DNA of 64,000 nt, from positions 2,971 to 66,970 of the forward strand of contig JACRMR010000013.1 in assembly GCA_016214895.1 (NCBI GenBank), read 5' to 3'. The stretch is from Candidatus Zhuqueibacterota bacterium (GTDB taxonomy: Bacteria; Electryoneota; RPQS01). Below are positions 57,898 to 64,000 of the stretch, in pieces. A program made the translations under genes and the position numbers. Position 1 is the stretch's first letter; the number at the start of each line of letters is the position of its first letter. The notes under the pieces were generated by a model. The model was not told the DNA's origin, made no database searches, and was given only the letters and a program-made list of their open reading frames with translations.

Positions 57898-59126
57898 ACT
57901 TCGAAATGCACGCGATAGTCTTCAGCGGCCGGATCGAAACCCGGATATCCGATGGACTGCCCCGGCTTGAGCATTTCATTAGCGGCAACTCGCACTTGGC
58001 CGAGCCGCGCATAAACCGTGTAAAACGAGCCCGGGTGCTCCACGATGCACACATTGCCGAACCCCCGCAGCCAACTGACTGAAGATACCCGCCCTTCGGC
58101 AACCGACAGGACTTCGGCATCCGGACTCGCCGCCAGCTCGATCCCCGGATTCTCTGTGACCGTAGCAAGCTCCGCGTTCTTCTGCAACCCGAATTTCCCG
58201 ACCACTCTGCCGCTCACCGGCCACGGTAAGAGACCTTTCAACATGCTGAGCGGAACTCCGGAAATCGGCTCCCCCCGCGAAATCCGCTCGATCAGGTCCT
58301 GAATAGCAGCCTGCGCCGCGATGATCTCCTCCCGTCGCCCCTCAAGCAACTCGCGATCGTTCTTCACGCTGCTGATCTGCGACTTCAGCTCGCTGCGGCC
58401 ACGCAGGAGACCGGCCGCGTCGATGGAGTAGTTCCGCTCGATGGATTCTGCGTCAAGCCGCCTCGCCGCGAGCTGGTCCTTCCGCCACTTGAGCGCAGTC
58501 GTCCGCTCCAACACCTGCGATTCCGCGTCAATGAGCGTGTCCATCGCTAACTTGGCCGCGCGAATCTCCGCATCCTGAGCCGACTGAATCCTCCGGATGA
58601 CCAGCCTCCGATTCATCAGTTCGAGCCAACTGTCTGATCCCAACAAAAACTCCAGCGAAGTCCACGTCGCCAGCCGACGGTCGGTCAACATCGTGTGCGA
58701 CATCGATTCGCCGATTTCGCGACGACGATCATCGTAAACCAGAATCGAACTGCCCAAAACAGTCAGGTCGTCCTCGCGACGCACGATCTCCGCCTCCATC
58801 GTCTCGATGCTATCGCGCAAGTCCTTGACCAGACGGCGTTGTTCGCGCAGTAATTGATCGTGGAGGCTGAATCGCTGCTCGGCGAGGTCGAGGCGCCCCA
58901 GCAAGTCCGTCTCGTGCCTCCGACCTAGTTCCAGCTCGTTGTCCAGTCGGGCTACCGCCGCCCGCAGGGAGTCCAGCGTGTGAGACGGAACGGCCAGCAA
59001 GCCCGTACTCGTGCCGGATTCCGCACAACCGCCAGAAGATATTGTAAATAAATATGTTACGGCAATCAGCAGAATTGACCACATTAGCATTAAAGATAAT
59101 AGACCGGGTGCCAACTTGCAAGACAT
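57846..59126 (-). CDS. M23-family peptidase with N-terminal coiled-coil (EnvC/NlpD-like murein hydrolase activator)
   Basis: C-terminal LytM/M23 domain (VEHPGSFYTVYARLGQ...HFEVW) and a long coiled-coil region. N-terminal hydrophobic segment; start could be 59126, 59090 or 59084. Confidence 0.85.
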   Translation of the reverse strand: MSCKLAPGLLSLMLMWSILLIAVTYLFTISSGGCAESGTSTGLLAVPSHTLDSLRAAVARLDNELELGRRHETDLLGRLDLAEQRFSLHDQLLREQRRLVKDLRDSIETMEAEIVRREDDLTVLGSSILVYDDRRREIGESMSHTMLTDRRLATWTSLEFLLGSDSWLELMNRRLVIRRIQSAQDAEIRAAKLAMDTLIDAESQVLERTTALKWRKDQLAARRLDAESIERNYSIDAAGLLRGRSELKSQISSVKNDRELLEGRREEIIAAQAAIQDLIERISRGEPISGVPLSMLKGLLPWPVSGRVVGKFGLQKNAELATVTENPGIELAASPDAEVLSVAEGRVSSVSWLRGFGNVCIVEHPGSFYTVYARLGQVRVAANEMLKPGQSIGYPGFDPAAEDYRVHFEVWSGRDKKDPLEWLQPR

Positions 59127-59258
59127 TGCCTGCGCTTTGCAATTCCCGCGCAGCCGAGCTATATTTCCGGGGAGACGGCAGGGAACAGTCCTTGGTGAAC
59201 TGCCGTTCGCTCAATATAGCAGCAGGTCCGGCCGTTGCCGAAGAGGAAGCCCGAAACC

Positions 59259-61190
59259 ATGTCCCTGATCGCCGCCCTCTCTTTGATCTTGTCCGCTGCG
59301 TCCCTTTGGGCCGCGCCCTACGCTTGTCAACTGGCGAAATCGGCCACGCGGGAGCACGATGCGTCGCGTCGCACACTGGATGCCGACAGTTTGCATGGCT
59401 ACGACATGCTCTCGCTCGATCTCGACTACAGCGTCACGGCGGAAGCGGTTCCCATGACCGGAATCGCCACGGTCCAGCTGCTCTGTCGCGAATCGATGGA
59501 TGACATTCCCTTTAACGCGGAGGGGACGCAAATCCTGTCCGTAACCGAGGGCGACGCCTACCTGCCGTTCGTGCATGGGAACGACACGGTGTGGGTTGAA
59601 CGCCCGGCTGAGCCGGGTGATACACTGCGTCTCTCTTTCATGCTCTCCGTCCCGGGAAGCTGGGAGCACTCGGAGGTCGGCTTCCACTGGGGAGTGTCCT
59701 ATTATACCTTCGGAGAACCCTACGGGTCCCGGCGATGGTATCCATGCTGGGATCAGCCCTATGACAAGTTCGATCGGATCCGGACAGCCGTTGAACATCC
59801 CGATGATTGGTCCCTGGCGTCGAATGGAGTCCGTGTCGAAACGACATACCCCGCACCGGGCCGGCGGCGGGACGTTTACGAACACGATCACCCGATTTCG
59901 ACATACCTGGTGATGATGGCCGCCGGTCCGTATGCGGAACGTTATGAGACCGTCAACGGTGTGGACTATCGATACTTCACGTGGCGTGCGGATTCCATGA
60001 AGGCTGCCTACGACTGGGAGCGGACACCGCAGATGGTACAGGCATTCAGCGAAAGATACGGAGCTTACCCGTTCCGGGAGTACGGCATGGTCGAAGCCGA
60101 GCTGTTCTATGGGTGGGGCGCGATGGAGCACCAGACCTTCACGACGATGGGATACCACTTACTCGATAGCGTCCGAACGTACGAAGGCATCGTGGCTCAC
60201 GAACTCAGTCACCAATGGTTTGGTGACCACCTGAGCCCGGTGGACTTTCGCCACATTTGGCTGAACGAGGGGTTTGCCACTTTCTGTGACGTGTTGTGGT
60301 CTGAGGTATCGGAGGACCGGGCCGCATATCTGACCAAGCTGGCGTTGTTCGCCGAACATTATTTCGCGGAAGACAGGCAGTTCCGCTATGCATCGTATGA
60401 TCCGCCGCCGCAGTATCTGTTCGGCACCTGCGAATATCAGAAGCCCGCCTGGATGTTGCATATGCTACGGGAACAACTGCTCGGCGACAGCCTGTTTTAC
60501 GCGGCAATTCGGGAGTACGTCGAGCGCTTTGCCGGTGGAAACGTGGCCACCGAGGATTTCATACAAACGGTTGAAGACGTGTCCGGCCGTGAACTCCAGT
60601 GGTTCTTCGATCAGTGGATCTACGGCATGGGCCATCCTGAATTGGAGATCTCCGTTCAGCCCGGCGCGCCGGATGAGCACCATGTGACCGTGACGGTTGA
60701 ACAGCGTCAGCAGAATGCGCCGTTGTTCACGTTTCCATTGGCGATCCAGACGTGGATTGGACCGAATTCGCGGCTCGATACGCTTTGGTTCAGTCAGGTG
60801 ACACAGTCGCGCGCAATCGATGTGGGATCGGGAAACCTGGTTTCGTCCGCAAGTCTGTCCGAGTACCAGCCGCTCTTGTATCAGGGCACCGGGGCGGCGT
60901 TGTCACCATCAAACCCGGTTGTCGTTACGGGCTTCACGCTTGCGCCGGCCTATCCGAATCCATTCAACGCGGTCACACACATTCCGTTCACGATGTCTCA
61001 ACCGGCCCGCGTTGTGGTCGATCTCTTCGACATCTCCGGTCGCTTCGTTGCGCGGGTGGTGGACGGCAACTATGCCGTCGGCCCACACGCGGCAGCACTC
61101 GACTTGAGTCGATACGCGACCGGCGTTTACTTGCTGCGCGCCGGGACGGATGCGCAGTCGGCGATTCAACGACTGGTCCTGCTGAAGTGA
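59259..61190 (+). CDS. M1-family zinc aminopeptidase (gluzincin) with C-terminal T9SS sorting domain
   Basis: HEXXH-E zinc site (VAHELSHQWFGDHLS...LNEGFATF) and GAMEH. Signal peptide MSLIAALSLILSAASLWA. C-terminal ~85 aa matches the Por secretion tail (PNPFNAVTHIPF...GVYLLRAG). RBS aagaggaag precedes the ATG at 59259. Confidence 0.88.
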   Translation: MSLIAALSLILSAASLWAAPYACQLAKSATREHDASRRTLDADSLHGYDMLSLDLDYSVTAEAVPMTGIATVQLLCRESMDDIPFNAEGTQILSVTEGDAYLPFVHGNDTVWVERPAEPGDTLRLSFMLSVPGSWEHSEVGFHWGVSYYTFGEPYGSRRWYPCWDQPYDKFDRIRTAVEHPDDWSLASNGVRVETTYPAPGRRRDVYEHDHPISTYLVMMAAGPYAERYETVNGVDYRYFTWRADSMKAAYDWERTPQMVQAFSERYGAYPFREYGMVEAELFYGWGAMEHQTFTTMGYHLLDSVRTYEGIVAHELSHQWFGDHLSPVDFRHIWLNEGFATFCDVLWSEVSEDRAAYLTKLALFAEHYFAEDRQFRYASYDPPPQYLFGTCEYQKPAWMLHMLREQLLGDSLFYAAIREYVERFAGGNVATEDFIQTVEDVSGRELQWFFDQWIYGMGHPELEISVQPGAPDEHHVTVTVEQRQQNAPLFTFPLAIQTWIGPNSRLDTLWFSQVTQSRAIDVGSGNLVSSASLSEYQPLLYQGTGAALSPSNPVVVTGFTLAPAYPNPFNAVTHIPFTMSQPARVVVDLFDISGRFVARVVDGNYAVGPHAAALDLSRYATGVYLLRAGTDAQSAIQRLVLLK

Positions 61191-61948
61191 ACCCCCCGCG
61201 GTTTAGCGTCGTGATCCCCGCGCACAATGAGCAGTTTGAACTGCCGCGCACGCTCGCGGCGTTCGACGTCGCGCGCGACCACTATGCCGGGCAGGGAGGA
61301 GCGGGCAGCTTCGAGTTCATTGTGGTTGATAACCTGTCCACGGATGCCACGGCCGAGATTGCCCGAGCCTGGGGCGCGCGCGTGGTCCGCGAGGAAGAAC
61401 GTCAGATCGCGCGCGTTCGAAACACCGGCGTCCGCGCCGCGTCCGGCGACATTGTGGTCACGTGCGACGCGGATAGCGCTCCTCATCCCGGGATATTTGT
61501 CTCCGTTGACCGCCTGATGCGCGGAAATACCTTCGCGGGTGGCGTGCGGATCTGGGCGGAAGATATTCGAGCGAGTTGGTATCTGCCCTTTCTGATGGTG
61601 AATGCCGCCAGCGTCGTGATGCGATTGCCCTGTGGCATGTTCTTCCTGCGGCGCGAGGATTACCTTGCACTGGGCGGCTTCGATGAGAACTTGTACGCCC
61701 TCGAAGACGTCGAATTCGCCCGCCGGCTGCGCAAGGAAGCGCGCCGTCGGGGAATGCGAATCGCCACGCTGACGAACCGCCCAATTCTCACGAGTACCCG
61801 CAAGCTGCGACTTCGCCGCGGCTCCGAGTTGATCCGCTGGTTTACGTTGGGGCTATTGCGCCCCCGCAAATATCTCACCCGTCGCGAGTACTGGGACGCC
61901 ATTTACTACGGCCCCGGACTGCGCGACAAACACGAGCCTTCCTCATGA
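61187..61948 (+). CDS. family 2 glycosyltransferase
   Basis: GTG start overlapping the peptidase stop (GTGA). FSVVIPAHNE, DNLSTDAT and DAD motifs typical of GT-A/GT2. Confidence 0.8.
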   Translation: MNPPRFSVVIPAHNEQFELPRTLAAFDVARDHYAGQGGAGSFEFIVVDNLSTDATAEIARAWGARVVREEERQIARVRNTGVRAASGDIVVTCDADSAPHPGIFVSVDRLMRGNTFAGGVRIWAEDIRASWYLPFLMVNAASVVMRLPCGMFFLRREDYLALGGFDENLYALEDVEFARRLRKEARRRGMRIATLTNRPILTSTRKLRLRRGSELIRWFTLGLLRPRKYLTRREYWDAIYYGPGLRDKHEPSS

Positions 61949-62421
61949 ACCTCGCCATCCTCGCCGTCGGAAAGCTCCGCGAACCTTATTACAAAGCCGG
62001 CGTTCAGGATTACCTCGAGCGAATCGCCCGCTGGCTGCCGATTGAACAGTTGGAAGTCGCCGTCGGTACCTCGGAAGAAAGTAACGGCAAGGGCACCGGA
62101 ACGCTCGTTCGCGAGGCTGATCAACTCGAAAAGCAGCTCCAGAGACCCGGAATCGTCGTGGCGATGGACGTACTGGGCAAGCAGTTCTCGACCGAGCAAT
62201 TCTCGGCGTGGATCGTCGAATCCATGAACCGTTCGATCGGTAGGATCACCTTTGTGATCGGCGGAGCGTGGGGATTGGATCGGCGAATCTTGGAGCAAGC
62301 GGACCTGAGACTATCCCTGTCCGCGATGACACTACCGCACGAATTGGCGCGGCTGGTGCTGGCCGAGCAAATTTATCGGGCCTTGTCCTTGTGGAAGAAC
62401 CTGCCGTATCATAAGCAATAA
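61945..62421 (+). CDS. rlmH: 23S rRNA (pseudouridine1915-N3)-methyltransferase RlmH (SPOUT)
   Basis: RlmH homology (LAILAVGKLREPYYK..., ITFVIGGAWGL). Confidence 0.9.
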   Translation: MNLAILAVGKLREPYYKAGVQDYLERIARWLPIEQLEVAVGTSEESNGKGTGTLVREADQLEKQLQRPGIVVAMDVLGKQFSTEQFSAWIVESMNRSIGRITFVIGGAWGLDRRILEQADLRLSLSAMTLPHELARLVLAEQIYRALSLWKNLPYHKQ

Positions 62422-62496
62422 TAATAAGATACTTCTGGCTTGAAAGTCTGCGTCTATTTCCGTAAATTGGGCCAGCGCTTCGCTCCAACAGAAATC

Positions 62497-63591
62497 ATGT
62501 CCGACCTCAATCACGAAACAGTCTTAGAGACCCTCAAGGGGGTCAAATTTCCGCGATTGTCCCGCGATATCGTGTCGTTCGGGATTGTCAAGGGCATCGA
62601 GATCGAGAGCAAACGGATCGTCGTGAAAATCAATGTGGCGTCGCGGGATCCGAATATTCCGATCATCATCGAGCAGGACGTGACAAAGGCGCTGCATGCC
62701 ATTGCTGGAGCGCGCGAGATTCAGGTTGCCATGACCTGGGTGCAGCCCGAATCTGCGCCGCAGACGCCGATGCGCGACCCGCATGCGCGACCGCCTTCGG
62801 ACCAACCATTGTTGCCCGGAGTTCGCACAAAGATCGCCGTGGCCTCGGGCAAGGGCGGTGTGGGGAAGAGCACGGTGGCCGCCGGGCTTGCCATGATGCT
62901 GCAGAAGCTCGGTCATACGGTCGGGCTTGTGGATTTCGACGTGTACGGCCCCAGCGTACCGACACTCATGGGCGTACACACCCGGGCCCGCGCCTTCAAC
63001 AACCGGATCCTGCCGATCGAGCACAATGGCCTGAAACTGATGTCGATGGGCTTTCTTGTCGATCCGGACACGCCCATGATCTGGCGCGGACCGATGGTTC
63101 ACCAGGCCACCGAACAATTCCTGCGCGATGTGGAATGGGGTGAACTGGATGCGCTGATCGTTGACCTGCCGCCGGGTACAGGCGACGCCCAAATGACGCT
63201 TTCGCAAAAGATCAATCTGGACGGCGCGATCATCGTTTCGACACCGCAGGACCTGGCCTTGATCGATGCTCGTAAAGGCGCCGCCATGTTCGAAAAGCTC
63301 AATGTCCCGATTCTGGGCATCGTGGAAAACATGTCCGGATTCACTTGCGATCATTGCGGCGAAATCACGTATATTTTCGGCAAGGGTGGCGCGGAAGCTG
63401 AAGCCCGTCGATTGGGCGTGCCGCTCTTGGCTGCGATTCCGCTCGTACCGGCGCTCGTGGCCGCTTCCGATGCCGGCGACCCGACATCCGCAATCGAGGC
63501 CCATGCCGGATTGCGACAGCAGTTTCTCGACATTGCGACGCGTGTTGCCGACCAGATCGGACTGGTTTCACCGGCTCCACTGACGAGGTGA
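62497..63591 (+). CDS. apbC: Mrp/ApbC/NBP35-type Fe-S cluster carrier ATPase with N-terminal DUF59 domain
   Basis: Deviant Walker A SGKGGVGKST, the CxxC-type pair (GFTCDHCG) and an N-terminal MIP18/DUF59 segment. ATG at 62497. Confidence 0.9.
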   Translation: MSDLNHETVLETLKGVKFPRLSRDIVSFGIVKGIEIESKRIVVKINVASRDPNIPIIIEQDVTKALHAIAGAREIQVAMTWVQPESAPQTPMRDPHARPPSDQPLLPGVRTKIAVASGKGGVGKSTVAAGLAMMLQKLGHTVGLVDFDVYGPSVPTLMGVHTRARAFNNRILPIEHNGLKLMSMGFLVDPDTPMIWRGPMVHQATEQFLRDVEWGELDALIVDLPPGTGDAQMTLSQKINLDGAIIVSTPQDLALIDARKGAAMFEKLNVPILGIVENMSGFTCDHCGEITYIFGKGGAEAEARRLGVPLLAAIPLVPALVAASDAGDPTSAIEAHAGLRQQFLDIATRVADQIGLVSPAPLTR

Positions 63592-63596
63592 ATTGC

Positions 63597-63896
63597 ATGC
63601 CCACTCCCGAACAAGTCTATCAGGCCTTGGCGCAAGTCTATGACCCGGAGCTGGCGCTCCCGATCACCGATCTCGGACTCGTCTATGATGTGCAAGTTGA
63701 GGGCTCCCGCGCCGATGTCAAAGTCACGCTCACTTCTCCCGGCTGCGCACTCGGCGGTACGATTGTGGAGTACGCCCGCCGCGCCGCGCTCGGAGTGGAG
63801 GGTATCGAAGACGCGATTGTCGATATTGTTTGGGATCCGCCGTGGTCCATCGACATGATGAGTGACGAAGCACGAATGCGCCTCGGTATGCTTTGA
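63597..63896 (+). CDS. DUF59/MIP18-family Fe-S assembly protein (SufT/PaaD-like)
   Basis: QVYDPELALPITDLGLVYDV...TSPGCALG. Overlaps the apbC stop if the GTG at 63588 is used. Confidence 0.8.
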   Translation: MPTPEQVYQALAQVYDPELALPITDLGLVYDVQVEGSRADVKVTLTSPGCALGGTIVEYARRAALGVEGIEDAIVDIVWDPPWSIDMMSDEARMRLGML

Positions 63897-64000
63897 CATC
63901 GCCGACCGCTCTTCCCCTTTAAGCATGTTTCCCGCGAGAACAGTAAGGGCCCATTCCTCGAACGCGACTCGAACGAACGGCAACCCATCGCAAACTCGCG

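Noticed and set aside
59127-59258. AT-rich segment as remnant of a mobile element insertion
   Set aside because: It is too short, with no terminal inverted repeats, target-site duplication or transposase/integrase ORF. It is better explained as a divergent promoter or a signal-peptide coding region.

Overview
GC-rich (roughly 60-65% by eye) bacterial chromosomal segment with no evidence of plasmid or phage origin. The first ~32 kb, all on the + strand, is the conserved translation/transcription core in near-canonical order. It runs secE, an inserted SAM-methyltransferase, nusG, rplK, rplA, rplJ, rplL, rpoB and rpoC. The str cluster (rpsL, rpsG, fusA) follows, notably with no tuf gene. A complete S10-spc-alpha array then runs from rpsJ to rplQ, including secY, adk, map, infA, rpmJ and rpoA. 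After a strong terminator at 32.3 kb comes a ~13.5 kb run of abutting or overlapping + strand genes. These are hutU, a crotonase-fold enzyme, hutI, a DUF72 protein, a GGDEF diguanylate cyclase and glgA. The run ends with a three-gene outer-membrane module: an NHL beta-propeller lipoprotein, an uncharacterised 1152-aa secreted protein and a 579-aa Omp85/POTRA transporter. Downstream are rng, rplU-rpmA, mdh, elbB and an orphan sensor histidine kinase. A minus-strand block (52-59 kb) carries a RadC/JAB protein with an unexplained ~250-aa N-terminal extension, then metG, a PSP1/YaaT protein, holB and an M23 peptidase. The holB-yaaT-metG order is Bacillus-like. The window ends on the + strand with an M1 aminopeptidase bearing a T9SS C-terminal sorting domain, a GT2 glycosyltransferase, rlmH, mrp/apbC and a DUF59 protein. 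The T9SS tail, the LDH-like malate dehydrogenase and the Zn-type S14 suggest an FCB-group (possibly candidate-phylum) lineage; this is inference. No rRNA, tRNA, CRISPR array or transposase was found. The most notable unexplained content is the lipoprotein / giant OM protein / Omp85 module. Smaller oddities are the methyltransferase wedged between secE and nusG, a 3x tandem repeat in the rplK-rplA leader, low-complexity K/A/P or R/D/H extensions on several ribosomal proteins, and the RadC fusion.
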